Origin: Lingula anatina
Lineage: Eukaryota; Animalia; Brachiopoda
Direction: 5' to 3'
Assembly: GCA_051362555.1 (NCBI GenBank)
Contig: CM120644.1
Location: 5,340,954-5,404,953 of the forward strand
DNA: 64,000 nt
Both the position numbers and the translations under genes were made by a program. Positions 12,059-26,190 of the stretch are shown in pieces (within the stretch, counting starts at the first letter, position 1; each line of letters begins with the position of its first letter). A model generated the notes under the pieces. The model was not told the origin of the DNA. It saw only the letters and a program-made list of their open reading frames with translations, and made no database searches.

Positions 12059-15000
12059 TTAGGGCCCATTCCCAATGAACCAGCCGTTCAATGTAAATCA
12101 ATCTACTAGTACTTAACTCTGCAGGGTCTCTTGCTGAATGCATTCAGTTTAAAAGATTTGCAAGCCTCCTCTTGTTTCTAACATAATTTTATAATTCCCA
12201 GCTTTTTCTGTATTCCTGTATTCTGCTCAATGTCCAGAGAGGGGGGAGGCTATCCTGCAACTAAATCAAAGCAGGGAACGGCATTATGCAACAGTAACCT
12301 TGTTTGATCTGGGCTTGCATGTTGTTGAGTTTGTATTTGCAAAGTAGGAAAAGCTTCCACAAATATTGAAGTGTAATGCTTTTATTTCCCACTTCAGTGT
12401 AGACCGGTGCTGTGACCTGATATGGATGGGTGCCATCTATGTGGTGTTTTAATGTAATAACTAGAGACTTATTGATGGCATTTCTCGCACTCTGCTGCGA
12501 GGCAGATTCATAATTGGGTTTTGAGCAGAGAGAGAGGAAGGAGAGAGAGAGAGAGAGAGATGTGGTATTTGGGAATTACCACAAATGCATCATTTGTAAA
12601 GATGTTGGGTTTGTTTCTTTTAAGGATTTTAAGCAAGATTTAATTTTAGTGTTTTCACATATTTCCAAATTAGTAATAAATTAATGTAAGTTTATACTTT
12701 TTTATATGCTTTTTTCGTTTTAAAGGAAAAAAGGGAATTTGGCAAAAGACTCGGAAAATGACACCAAAATTGTAGTAAAAACATTTCACTTTCTGATTGA
12801 AGTGTCTTAAGACGTGGATGAATTCTTCCTCTCTTAAGACTAAATGCCATGCTGTAGCTCTGGGTACTGATTCATTACAGAATCTTATCAGTCCCACACA
12901 GCCTTCACTCCAGTGGTGTCCCGAGATAGAGAGGATCTGGGCCAGAGTGAACACAGAGAGTTAATAAGCCAGAAAATTAGCCAGGTTTGAGGTTCTCTAA
13001 CCACAGGTTTGTGCTGAAGGTGACATAGTTAATGCTTACAGGTGGTTCAAGGTGTCGTGAGGGGCAGACTTCATAATGGGTTTCTTTTGAAGGCTCTGGG
13101 TTATTAGGTGGTCTTCACCTGAGGACAACAGGTGAGTCATGCTGGAGTAGGAGGCCGCAGGTAGACCTGAGTGAAGTGTGCCAAGTTGTGGACCTTTGCA
13201 TACAGGTGTCAGGTGGGATTGTTATCAGACACAGTCTGTTTGTTGCCTACCTTCCTTGGATTCATGTTATCTTTCTCATTTTATTTCTCTCTCTCTGTCT
13301 CTCTCACACACACACACACACAGAAAAAGAATAAAAATTAAAAAAACTTGAAATTTGTGGCTTCAGCACCTCTCTCCTCCAACACACAGATACCCAGATC
13401 TTTTCATTTCTCACTCTTCTCGCTTACTCTATTTCCTTCCATTAGTCCTTCCTCGCCTTCTCTTTATCAATTGATCTGCACATTCCTGCAATGATTTTGT
13501 ATTCATACACAGTTTGACAGATCAATTAAACCCCATAGCCTCTCACTTAATTCATTGTCTAGCCACCCTCTGTATTAAATGGGCAGTATTGACCCATGAA
13601 ATTAGATGATGACGGCTCTAGCACCAGGATGTGTTTGTGTGTGTGTGTGTGTGTGTGCTCATTTGCATAAAGCTCATTTTTTCTTTGCAATCTGTGCTGA
13701 TTTTCTATTCTATGTTTCAACTTGGTGCTCAGCTCCATTAAAAAAAAAGGGAATGCAGAAAGATGATTTCAGATAATTAGATCTGTTTAATATTGTATCA
13801 ATTACCAGACTTAGCATGCGGCCAACCTCTTTTCAAGCTGTCGTATCTCAAATTGTTTCCATTCCTTGACTGTTCTGAGATGTTCTGTTTTTGTTTCAAA
13901 GGAGAATTGACACACATTGAAAAGACAAGGAAAAAAAAAACAAGATTGACAAAAAAGTAGGACTCAAACTAAAACCACAAATCCAGCTTGAACATGCCTT
14001 CAGAGTAGTATCAATAATTCTATCATCACATGACCTTCAGCTTAACAGAACATAGGAAAAAAAAATCTAGTTGATTAATGCAGCTGTTTTTCCTTGATTG
14101 AAGTGCAGTTATCTGTCTTTATGGCACTTCTGTGGCCGTTTTCCTACACTTATGGGATGGAGGTTTCGTGTTTGTCATAATGAAAGTGCTGTGACCAAAG
14201 CAATAGATTTGTTGCTGATGAAAGCCTAGATATATGTTTCTGGTATTTACTGGGGCTTGTTTTACAAAGCACCAAGCTGGATGGCTAATCGAAAAACATT
14301 GAGGTTAAAGCCTTCCCGTCTTTCCTGTGCAGGATGTGGTGGCCATTTCCTTTACATCGTTCAGCATCGTCATTATGGTATGACATGGTGTCTGCCTGCA
14401 TCAGAGGCCACTGGGAGTCTTGAAGGGCACTGCCTATGTGTTCTTCCAATTATTTCAAGAAGTCTCATCTTTTAGACCTTTAAATAAGGGAAGATAGTTG
14501 AAATAAGCTGATAAATTTTGAGGTAAATTGACTTAGGCATGAAGTTTTGTCCAAAAGTGCAGGTTGAGCATTTGATCAGTTAGCCATATTGTGCAGATGG
14601 ACACTCCTTAACGAACCTGTCCTTGTCATCCATGAGACTTGTTTAGAAGCTTTAATTTAGGGCTTGTTTTCCTTATCTTATTATGAATGTTTAAAAAAAT
14701 ACAACTGCCACACCCTTTATCTGAGAAAAATATCTGTGGGACAGTGTTTTTTGCCAAAATTTATCTATTGGACTCTCTCAGAAATTAGATGTACTTTAGC
14801 TAGATTGCTGAACAGCTTTGAACTTTATCTAAGTTAAAATAAAATATAGTAAGTTTATGGTAGTGTGATTTGTATGTTTAACTGGAAAAGTGAAGCACAA
14901 GACAAAATACACTGGAAGAAGCATGCTGAGGCCTTAGTACAAAGGAACACATTAGGCTCTGAATAATGATGATGGTGATTATGATGTCATTTTAAATAGA

Positions 15001-16573
15001 AACAGATCCTCCCTTCCTCCTCTCCACTGTAATATCTTTACATAGCACATTTTCTGTGTTTTAGGGCTTCACAGAATTGATTAGAACTGCAAATATTAAT
15101 TTCAGCCAAATTGAATAATTGTAAAACGGTATTCCCTGGAATTGTGTTTCGTTCCATATTTATAAGATTTTTTATCAGAAAATTTCGAATAGAGAGTTGG
15201 GTTACCTGTCTATATTAGGTCCCTGTATTGTAAATCTTGAAAAAAATTTGTAAGGAATAAGTGGAATTGCATTTGAAATTTCAGAAGATTTACCATAATC
15301 GTCATCATCTCTCTTCATGCTCAGCTGAAAGTGATAATCATGCTAGTCCGTTATCTCGAGCAAAACACATGATTAAAGAAATTCTTGTGGTCGCCAGTCA
15401 TCATCTCTTACTTCCTGTGACATCATGTTGAGTTTGATGTATGCAACCAGTTGGGACATGCTTGGACTGATTCAAGATAGGACATTTTGGTGAAAGGGTG
15501 TAAACCCCCCCCCCCTTTCTCTCTCTTTCAAACACACACACACACACACTTCCCTGGCTAAGTGTAAATGTAAGTTAATGCAGTCCTCATCAGCTATGAC
15601 ATTTGCTTCTTCCATGATTTAGATTTATAGTACCTCAGCAAATTTTTTCTTTAAAATTTTGGTACCTTTTCTTTGTAGTCAATGTTTTCTATCAATGAAA
15701 AAAGGTTTGAATGTAGATAAATAATAATAATAATAATAATACTAATAATGATGATTTTTAAAAATTTATGTAGTGAGTGATAACTGGAATCAGTTTGATC
15801 ATCTTCATGTCTAGTTTCTGCTGTTTCTTTTCCTCTTCATGATCTTTATCACTGATGTCATCACTACACTTAAAATGTTCATTTCCTCAGTGGGATATTC
15901 TCCAGAACTTCCTAGTTTCATTTGGCACCAGTAACCAAAGGTGTAATATGGTTATGTGTTGACCTTTACAAGAGCTGACTGCCCAGATTTACTGGACATT
16001 ATTAGATCAAAACTGACCCCTGAAAACCAAGGATGTTACCAAGATTTATTCAGATTGAACCAAACCATCTGGAATCTCTAATTTGCCCTGTTTTATGTGG
16101 AAAAAGAGGTTTTTTTTAAGGTAAAGGGAAGAAAACTCAATTTATATGCTGATCAATATAAAGATGTATTTAGTTTGAAAGATATTTTAAAAGACAAACA
16201 TTCCAATCTCTTTGAATTATTGACATTAAAACCAGGTGTCTTGGGAAGCTGCTGGTTAGAAAACATAAAACATGTCAGGTAATGATGGAGTTGAAGCGGC
16301 TTTGATGTTTTGAGTTGATTTTTCCCTTATTTTTATGGGGCACACCTGCAACAGACTGAGAGTGGAATTAAGCATGCTTACTTATAAAATAGAGACAATA
16401 ATGAAAATGATAATAAGAAAATTAAAAGAAAAATGTTTTATGGCAGCATGTTTGTGAGGGAAATTTTCACGTAAATCTTTCATCTTTATTTTTTTGACGC
16501 AACTACTGGAAATGTTTTAAAAACTGTTCAACACACTTGTATTGGCTGGTCATATAGTTCTGAATTCCCTTTG

Positions 16574-16672
16574 TAACAACTTCATTACTTATCCAGATCC
16601 TCAGCCTTCTCTAGATTGCAAATAACAACTTCATTACTTATCCAGATCCTGAGCCTTCTCCAGATTGCAAAT
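16574..16672. repeat. Tandem duplication, 49 bp x2
   Basis: TAACAACTTCATTACTTATCCAGATCCTxAGCCTTCTCxAGATTGCAAA repeated with two mismatches. Confidence 0.9.
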
Positions 16673-17034
16673 CTATATCCTTACCTAGATCCCGATTTAA
16701 ACTTCTACTGGAAGAATGTTAGTTTTAATCCAATTTTCCAATAATGCACCTTTAAAAAAACTTATCAGACTTAATTTGACAAATATCTCTGTATCTAAAT
16801 GGGAAAGGATGATTAAATCAACAGATATGAAAGGCATTTGTGCATTAGAGATAGCTTTGCTCTTCGGAGTCCAGGGTTTAGCAAATAGAACTAAAACCAG
16901 TGAATGTCATCCTGTATGTGGAGGCTGTCCACAATATTTATACCCACTGTATGCTTGCTGGAATACATAATATAGAAGCCAAGGAAGCCTGTGCAGTGCA
17001 GAATTTTACCAGTGTAAATATGGTGGAAAACAAA

Positions 17035-17249
17035 GGCTCTGTTCTCACAACTTTTAGATCGATCTATCACCGCGGGGAGTCTCACTAGATTACTGTCAGA
17101 TAATCCCCCTTAAGTGTCCGTCCCCGCCTACTACAAGCTTTAAGGGGTAATTAACTTTCGTGTCCGCCCGGCTGACAGCTATTTAGCGTGAACCCCCAGG
17201 TAGTTAGGTCGATCCAATGTAGGTCGATCTAATCTATGAGAATGGGGTG
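17035..17249. mobile_element. MITE family A copy 3
   Basis: Same core and TIRs; flanks AAA/AAA. Confidence 0.85.
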
Positions 17250-17300
17250 AAAGTCTCTTCAGCAGAACTGTGCCCTTGGAAAACAGTCTGTGGACTTTTC

Positions 17301-17345
<45 letters not shown>

Positions 17346-20105
17346 TGCAATTTTTGATCAGATCTGCCCTAAAAAATGCCCCTATGTCATAATATATGAT
17401 AAAAGTACTAGTAAGGCATTTGAATTATAGCATTAAGATTTGGAATGCATTCTACTTAGTGTTTTCAGCTATTTCTTTTATACGAGGGAGGAAGTGGGTA
17501 CAGTTTAACTCATATTGGTTTCTGTACCAAAGGCAGGCTGCCACAATGCATACTGGTTATGATAGGATCTTCCATCAGATAAGAACTTTCCTATAAAACC
17601 ACAGGCAATGACCCAAAATAACCCCCACAACTGATCTCTAACGTGGACATGCACTGGGACAAAATAACTTCCATGTTAACAAACATGACGATGTCAGCGG
17701 TCAATACTGTGGTTCACAAGAGATGGGGGTCGTAGAGAGGCACGGCTGCGCTGGTTCAAGGTTTTCAGCGTAAGGACAAAAGTGGATTGTTCCGACTTGT
17801 TATGTATGCTTAATGACCGTCAGTGGAGGTGTGGGGGACTTGTTTGTTGGTGTGCATAGGATGCTTGGCTTCTGAGTCGGCTTCTCGCTCTGTGGTACAA
17901 ATATCAGCCTGATTTGTATGGAGGAGAATTCCCTTGAACTAATGTACAGTGTGATTGGTCTGAGTACACTGAAAGTGAGAAAGAAATTTTGTCAAAAAAT
18001 GGTGTTGGTTTAAAATAGGATCTACTTAGACTCGAGATAAATCATTGGAAGACTACGGTGATGACTGGATCTTTTCCATGAGGATGAGGCGTCACTGCTC
18101 TTTCCACAAGGTTTTCTATAGTGTTATTGTTGTAGACTGCAGTTCAGTTTATAAATAAGTTTTATTATAGTAAAGATTATTGTTTGAAGATCTGTGTGAG
18201 TTGAAGGCAAACACAGCACTTTTACTGAATTCTTGTGGACTTGTGCTGATAAAGAACAGTCAAAGCAGGCTTAATTTTTTGGTCTTCAAGTTAAGTCTGG
18301 TTTTGGGTGGTTTATCCTGAGATTTGAAATACGAAGAAAGTATGACAATCTGCCCCTTAAAAATAATTTGGTCAACTACTGATGACATTTTGATTAAAGT
18401 ACTAGTAACTGTTTTCTAGTTTGCACAGTTCTGATCTTGTTTTACAGCTGCTTTGACATGTATGCGTTACGTAACTCATTTTTCTTCTATTTTTTCTCTT
18501 TTCTTTAATTTGTAATGTTTCTTCCACGTTAGTGATATTTCTCAGTTGAATGGGTGTGTGTGTGTGGATGTGTGCGTGCGTGTGTGTGTGTGTCACTGTG
18601 TGTGTTGGGGGGAGGGGCTTAGGATTCATAAAGTGTTACACGCGATACATTTTTCCTGCATGGCTGATATTTTCATTTGTTTAAAGTGCTGAACAGACAA
18701 AATAAGGGGTTTGACGAAGATGAAATTTAGTTTTAGATTACTAGTACTAGTAATTATGTGTCATAGCTGAAGAATTTAGGTCACAACCAGGTGGTGTGAA
18801 ATTGACATATATATTTTACCTGGAAACCAGGTGTTCCATGTTACAGTTGTTTTTCCTAGACTTTGCATGATAAAAAATAGACATTGCATGTTTAGCATGT
18901 TTCACCAACATTTCCATTCATGTTTACAGCAGATATGAACCACAGGCCCACAGTAAGAATACTCTGGATACCTTGGCATTTCATAGGGAAAAAATAGAGA
19001 AAAAAAATACAAAGACAAAAAAAAAAAAAAAATTCAGTAGTAAGCATATTAATTTAAGTTGCTTATCTTTACTGACTGTGTATATTTCTGTTTGAATCAT
19101 AATTAGTCTAAATTTAGCTAAAATTAACCACTAGTTTGGGCTGAAATAAAATTTAGAAAGTAATATTTGAAAAAGAAGTAAAAAATTGAAAACAATTTAC
19201 CATAATGGTTGTGAGTAGTTAGTATTTTGTTTAAGTCTGAAAGTGTACGTATTTGATAACTGAGAAAAGATAACAGAAAGAGGTGTACAGAATGTGCGAG
19301 TTAATACCGTACTGTTAATATTCTTTACTCTACATTGCATGCAATATGGACATTTCCAAGATTATATAATTTCTGAGAATCAGTTTCTTGGAAAAAGGCA
19401 GCCTTACTTAAGTGATACCATCTGATAGGAGGTGTGCGTGTTGGCTGTCTTACGTTTCCTACGACTGACTTAGTGAGCTAAAACGGCAGCATTTACCGAT
19501 TTTAACTCGTACAACTGAAAAGGTACAAAACCTTGTCATCAGAGAAAGGCAGTTGTCTGGTTCATACCAAAAAAAGGATTGCACTGGAGTATATAACAGG
19601 AAAACAAGGATTACTCTGGAATACTTCTCATGTCCCTTGTGGTTTAGATGAGAGTTTGGAATTGCACTTAGTGAAAATGCAGTGGAAGATTTGATTGAAT
19701 TAGAACTCCAGGATTTCAGTGTTGTAACTCAGTTGTCATTGCAGAAGCAGCATAGCTGTTAAGTTGCATTCACACTCTGTTCTAACTTACAGCTGAACTG
19801 CAGGATTAGTAGCGCGTGGTGATTTTATTTAAATTCTTTGGGGTTCCCCCCCTCCCCCCTGATGGAGTCAGTTGAATGGATGACAGCTGCAGAAGGATTC
19901 ATTGTAAGTCTTCTTTGGTTTGGACATCATTATATAGGGTTTAAGCAACTGTTGATCTATCTTTGTGGAGGGAGGAGACAACATTCGTAGCAAAAAATTA
20001 AAAAAAAAAGTTATTGGTGGACTAATGTCATTACAGTCTAAATGTAGAAGGAATTTGATACATTTATAAGTTGCATTTTGCATTTTGCATTTTGATGTTA
20101 TGTTA

Positions 20106-20324
20106 GACTGGGTTCCCACAGATTTAAATCGATCCATCTGAATCGACCTAACTCCCTGGGGGTTCACGCTAAATTGCTGTCAGCTTCCGAGCGAGCACAA
20201 AAGTTCATTACCCCCTTACAGCTTTTAGTAGGCAGGACAGACATTTAAGCCAATTAAGCTGACAGCAATCTAGTGAGACTCCCCAAGGGGAAGGATCGAC
20301 CTAAATATCTGTGGGAATGGTCTC
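20106..20324. mobile_element. MITE family A copy 4
   Basis: GACTGGGTTCCCACAGAT...ATCTGTGGGAATGGTCTC with a TTA/TTA target duplication. Confidence 0.88.
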
Positions 20325-21311
20325 TTAGATGCACCTAAAAACATGGGTTCAGTGTCAAAGATCTATATATTTAATGAACCACGTGATAAAATACTGAGAT
20401 AGAGTACTGGTTAATTGCAATTTATGGTTACTTTCTATGAAGACAGAGAGAGAGAGAGAGAGGGGGGGGAAAAAGATTGGCAAATAAGTCTTGAGAAGTG
20501 GAACATACGTGTCATTATTAGCAAATTTTGGTTCAATTCTTGTTGAAAGGAATCTTAACAACAGTTATGATCCATGCCAAAAGTCTTCATATTAACGAGT
20601 TATCTAGTTATTTAGCCCCCCCCCTTCTTTACCCCCTCTCCCCTCACAAGTGTTACTTGGTATTTTATTAAATAACATCATTATTATCTGAATATTATTG
20701 TATATCTGAATGGTTTTTAACAAGGCATTGCTTTTTTGGCCTCTGTATACTTTCCTAGAAACTGTCTAGACCACAAATGATTCCAAGAATTTTGTTATGA
20801 GCAGTGCTCTAATGATGTTTCAAAAGATCATTTAATTTAAGACAGTGTCGAGGTTTGTTATATGTTGCTATCATGACATCGCTTTGTCTGCCTGCTTAGC
20901 CTGTACTGAAACAGACCACCTTTTTCTGTCATACAGCGAAGACCAACATTTATGTTCTCTGGGGTAGCACTTAGCAATCTTTTTCGCTTAGCCAAATTGC
21001 CACTTTTTTTTCAATTCGTAATACAAATGGTTCAGCACATTTAAATGAAAGAGTCAGAGGACATCCGGTGACTAGTAAGGATTTATTTTTGTGAAACTGC
21101 CCATAGAAATGCTATTGTGAAGAAAGGCCAGAAGACCACCAGTTTAGCCAGGTAAAAGATGTTCATGTACTATAGGCAGCTACTAATCAGCTGCTATAAG
21201 ACTAATGTTTGTCTACCTGGTTAATACTTAAGCACCAACCACAGGGCTGGAATTATACAAGGAAATGATACAGGCTGTCCATCCACCTGTTGAGGTGTCG
21301 ACACAGAGCAA

Positions 21312-21345
<34 letters not shown>

Positions 21346-23637
21346 TGTGGGGGGGTGTATGTGTGCTCACACACACACATACACACAGATGGTGGCCAAA
21401 TACAGGAGTTGTCTAGACAGACTAGGGAGAGAGGGGGTCAGCTAGCCATCCCACCCAGCCAGAGTATTGTCCCACCCAGTTATCCTGGCCACCCAGCCTG
21501 CTTACCACCCCACCCAGCCAGCAGCCAAATATGAAAGTAATAATTTCATTATTTAGACTAAAAATCACAGAAGCACAGAGAAAGGGGGCAGGGTTGAGCA
21601 GACTGGGCACACAAAGCCTCACCCATGTACTTGAATAGTGATATGTGAGCTGCTGTTTTCATACTACACAGCTCCAGTGACAAAGAACAGGGGCAGGGAA
21701 TAAAGCTGGGGTCACAGCTACAGGGAAAGTTATGTCAACAGAGAGGGAGAGTGTGACTTGTATGTATGGAGATCAGGCATGTAGTACTGGTAGGTATGGT
21801 GTAGCATGCTGTAGTGTCTGGTATAGGTGAGGTGTGTGTGTGTGTGTGGCTACGAGAGACAAAAAAGGAGAGACAGACAGAGAGAGAAAGAGAGAGAGAG
21901 AGACTGGGAGTTCTCAGTTGGGATGACGGGACGGGTCATATTTGGAGTCAATTTAGGGTGGATTAGACTATTAGGGTACGAAAAGAAGTGTCATCATCAG
22001 ACGCTGAATCTGATAGTTTTATAAATGTTATGCACATCTGTGTAGCAGTTTCTGTTAAGGAGTTAGACTGATGACATATTTGGACCTATTTTCTGTTAAA
22101 ACAGCCTTGGTCTGAATGCAGTTGATTACTGTCTAGGTACCTTATGAGTTAGAAATAATCCTTGACACTGTAGTATTGAAGTCTGCCTAAGCCAAGCCTT
22201 CAGCATCTTTATATATTAAAATGGCATGCTTATAAAAGAAGACTCTAATTTGGCTTGTAGATGTTAACCATTTAAATATTTATAACTAGATGTCTTTAGT
22301 TTGGTTCTGATTTATATTTGGCCACAATAACTTTGATATATTTGACTAAAGTAATTATTATCGCAGGCTGATCCCAGCAGGACCTGCACTGATACAGGTA
22401 GACTTCACATGCTGTGAAGTAAACAAGCTATGAAATCTCCCAGCCATGTTATGCCTGGCTCAGTCACAGCAGACAGTATTGATCAAAAATCACTAGTTGT
22501 CTGGATAGCACAGGCTGCTCAGTGCAGACACCATCAGCTTTCTGAATTCACGATCTTTTATTGTCATTTCGGACACGGTTTTGTTTATGAATTAATAAAG
22601 CTGCTGTGGGTGTTTAGTGCAGTTTACATTGCATTGTGTCTAATGCATCCAGGGCACTAGATTAAATATAGATGGTTGTATTTCTATCCTCGTGTTGCAG
22701 TTCTGCCATTGATTTTTTTGCAGAGAATGCACATATTTCTCTTGTGATTTAGATAAGGTATCATTTTGAACAATGCTCTTAATTGTCAGATTGATATCTT
22801 TATGCATGCTTTATCCTGTATTTTATCACTGAATTATTTTGATTAAATTTGATCCCTGTTATTATTCAAAACATTGTTAATAAGAACAGTGATGGTGGTA
22901 CTTTTTTGTTTGAATTCTATACATGAATGTGCCACTGAAATAAGTGCCATACAGATACCATGTTATTGTGTCCCAAAATGAATTAATGTTTGTAAATAGT
23001 TATAATGATACATGATATTAATGATGATGTTAATGAATAATATTGATGATGTAGAGGGATTGATAGTTTAGTAATATTGATAATAGAACTGGGCATGATT
23101 TTAGTTATTATGATGAGCTAATCATAAACCAGACAGACAGACAGATGATTTGAGCTGAACTTAGTTATGTATTTTCATTAAAGTGACTGACACCTATAAC
23201 GTTTAGCTTTAATTTAGTCTAGATAGTGAAGAGTTCAATCTTGTAGCATTAATGGAAACAGCCTAGAAAAAGAAAAAAAAAAAAAAAAAACATGATTTTA
23301 GCTGAACTGAGTTAGGTCCTCCAAACCTTACTGGAAACACAACTTCAAACCATGGCAACAGGTGACAAGAGTTCTATCCCCAGTTCACAGGTCCCAGGTT
23401 TAGTTATTTATATCATGGTATAATTAAGCACAAACCAGTTTCAGTCTAACCTCTGTTTCTCCCACTGGGTGAGTGGTAGGCTGTTATTAATGGCTCCTCT
23501 CAATATATCATGGTCCTCCACCCTATATTGTGTCCATGCTGGGGGTCATTATGTATATGACCAGGTGTCCAGTTAGAATAGCTGCCTCCAGGAATTCTGG
23601 CCACAGTGACCATAGATCTCTGTACACTTATTTCTAA

Positions 23638-23852
23638 GGCTCTATTCCCATAGATTTTAGATCGATCTATCCCCGTGGGGAGTCTCACAAGATTACTTTC
23701 AGATAATCCGACTTAAATGTCCGTCCCGCCTACTACAAGCCGTAAGGGGGTAATTAACTTTCGTGTCCGCCTGGCTGACAGCTATTTAGCGTGAACCCCC
23801 AGGGAGTTAGGTTGATGTAAAGTAGATCGATCTAATCTATGGAAATGGGGTG
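23638..23852. mobile_element. MITE family A copy 5
   Basis: Close to copy 3 and in the same orientation; flanks TAA/TTA. Confidence 0.85.
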
Positions 23853-23855
23853 TTA

Positions 23856-24037
23856 GAGAGCATTCAGAACAGTGGACTAACAGATCCGCGGATCAAATAT
23901 GGCCGACCCACTCAAATGCTGGTTGCCTATTCCCTGCGGGGAATCTATTCAGTGTCCAATCAGGAATTAAGCGACAGGTTTTTTAGAGGGTCGCCATATT
24001 TGATCCGCCGATCTGTTAGTCTGTTGTAAATGTGCTG
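23856..24037. mobile_element. MITE family B, abutting family A copy 5
   Basis: Inverted arms GACTAACAGATCCGCGGATCAAATATGGCCGACCC / GGGTCGCCATATTTGATCCGCCGATCTGTTAGTC. Confidence 0.75.
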
Positions 24038-24300
24038 TAAGATAAACAATGTTGATCATAGGGCAGTAGAGTTGCCTCTAGGATAAATTAGTAGTTAGTG
24101 GTGGTGAAATGTCTTCTTTTTGGACAGTTTTATCTTGACCAATGGTGATTTGGTCTTTTTTTTTTTTACAAAGTATTATTTGTTTGTCATCAACTCTATA
24201 AATGTTAGCTTGAATAAAGTATGATAGTACTCTTTTTAAATTCAGTTTTTCATTTTGAATTTTTTTATTTTTAACAGAGTACTTTCTTCTCTATTTGAAG

Positions 24301-24366
24301 GTGACTTGATGTCGGATGAAGAAAGTGACATCCATGGCCAGACTCTGGGATGCATATGACTGAAAG
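24301..24366 (+). other. Putative 5'UTR exon containing uORFs
   Basis: Pyrimidine tract plus gaag| acceptor at 24300; donor AAG|GTGAGC at 24366; five ATGs, all closing before the main start. Confidence 0.5.
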
Positions 24367-24649
24367 GTGAGCTACTTCATGTTGCCATGACAACCAACTT
24401 ATTGCCTATACAGACCGATAACATAATCACTTTATTAAATTTTTTAAGAATTCATTTTGTGGTGCTGAACAACTCAAGATAGTGGCATGGAATTTGATTT
24501 TTTAGAAACTTCCTCTGATCTGAAGGAGCTTTTAGATGAAGTGACCTTTTTTTTTTTAATAATTGTGTGCAGAATTTAATGCACTGAAGAATGTTTGGTA
24601 TATGATGAGTGTAGTAATTCAATGAACAGTAGAATGATATTTTTTGCAA

Positions 24650-24911
24650 GTCTAGTGAATATTGTCTGTCTGTCTGTCTGTTCTATCACCAGCCTAACTC
24701 AAGAGTTATTGATGGATTAAGATGAATTTAAGATGAAAGTGATTTCATTTTGGTGGTGATCGTTATTTGGATCGCCATCTGAATCTAAGATTTTTCAAAG
24801 GAGTCTTCTCTTTTGAAAGATGGGGCCAATGACCTTGACCTTGTACAGTGGATCAGCTCTCAACTACCACAATTGAGGGGGTGTCTGCCCTTTCTGGGTG
24901 ATTTTCTTGTT
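24650..24911. mobile_element. Possible Helentron/HINE-like interspersed repeat remnant
   Basis: (TGTC)n microsatellite near the left end, GGTGGTGATC...GGATC core and a GGxGTCTGC...CTGxGTG...TTCTTGTT right end resembling this repeat class. Recognised by pattern only. Confidence 0.35.
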
Positions 24912-24964
24912 ACGATTGATTTATTAATCAGTTATTATTTATCAAACCCATCAGGTGATCCACC

Positions 24965-25105
24965 ATGTCCATGAAGCTGATCCGCGCAAGCAGCGGCACG
25001 TACAATGTGCGTGCGGAGGAGATGGCTCGGGATCGTCCCCAGATGAAGACTGTGAAGTGCATTGTGCACTTCTTGGATGAGACCAAAGAGTCATTTGAGG
25101 TGGAT
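24965..25105 (+). CDS. PTPN4: PTPN3/PTPN4 (Ptpmeg)-like tyrosine phosphatase, coding exon 1
   Basis: Acceptor at 24954, in-frame TGA upstream, CACCATG start. MSMKLIRASSGTYNVRAEEMARDRPQMKTVKCIVHFLDETKESFEVD matches the PTPN4 N-terminal TYNVRAxExARDR motif. Donor GTAAGT. Confidence 0.93.
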
Positions 25106-25614
25106 GTAAGTATGGGACTGGACTGTAGGTGGCTCTGTTGGTGAGGTCCCCCAACTGTAGGTGGTGCTGCTGCTAATGTATGCAAGACAAAATTGTCTTA
25201 ATTCTCTTAACATTTATCTGACTTTTGGTGAAAAGATATTTAATTTAAATGTTTTTTGCTTCAAACAAATTAATTTAAGATAAATGCCCTCTAAAATAAG
25301 TTGCTTAGGTACCATTTTAGCAGCTATGCAGCAATGCTATGCATTTTTCATGTTGATCAAACTTAATTTGTGTGTAGATATGTCTATGTCTGATAATGAC
25401 CATTATGGCATGGCAGCGAATGCTTGTCATTAAATTTTGAAATGAAATTCCTTAAATATATAGATATGCAGAATTCTAACCAATAGTCCTTTTTCAAACA
25501 GAGTTTAGAGAACATCATGTTTGTCATGCTCAAGTTCCAGTCAGAATGATCACTTCTGAAGGAATCTTTCGTTATCATCCCACTTTATAATTTAAGATTG
25601 CAATCCTGTTCCAG

Positions 25615-25728
25615 AAACGTGCGAAGGCCGGAGCATTACTGGACATAGTGTACGATCACCTTGAGTTAATAGAGAAGGATTACTTCGGCCTTCAGTTTGC
25701 CGATGTGGCGCCTGCACCAGACGCTATG
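25615..25728 (+). CDS. PTPN4: PTPN3/4-like coding exon 2 (FERM F1)
   Basis: ccag|KRAKAGALLDIVYDHLELIEKDYFGLQFADVAPAPDAM|GTACGT, phase 0-0, with the FERM LxEKDYFGL motif. Confidence 0.95.
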
Positions 25729-25889
25729 GTACGTGCTGGGGGCAAGCAAGGACCAACAAGGGTAGATATTGATGTGATACACATAATCACAGGGTGTTGA
25801 GTTCTTGCATGGGTTTTTTTTAGTATTGTTTTTTTTTCTGTGTTTCAGTCCTTGAAATACTAGAAACTGTAGTTAGAGACTGTGTACAG

Positions 25890-26190
25890 GAGCTGTGGAC
25901 AGTGTTACCAAGTTAATGACAGCATTACAAAGTTAAGGGCTGCAGTACATAGTTACAAACAGTGTTACATAGTTATGGACAATATAACATAATTATGGAC
26001 AACATTACAAAGTTATGGACAGCATTACAAAGTTGTGGACAACTATGCAAAGTTACAGACATCATAACATGGTGATGGAGAATATTACATAGTTATGGAC
26101 AATATAAAGTTATGGACAAATGTACAAATAATGGATGGTATAACGGTAACGGACAGCATTACAGAGTTATGGACAATAGTATAGAGTTAG
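25890..26190. repeat. Minisatellite, ~20-bp unit (AGTTATGGACAxxxTTACAx), about 14 degenerate copies
   Basis: Recurring agttatggac / ttacaaagtt at ~20-bp spacing in the intron after coding exon 2. Confidence 0.85.

Noticed and set aside
13041-13131. Possible additional 5'UTR exon (tacag|...CAG|GTGAGT)
   Set aside because: Poor pyrimidine tract; such site pairs are expected by chance in a 20-kb intron.
25890-26190. CRISPR-like appearance of short repeats
   Set aside because: Degenerate head-to-tail minisatellite without unique spacers, in a eukaryotic intron, with no cas genes.
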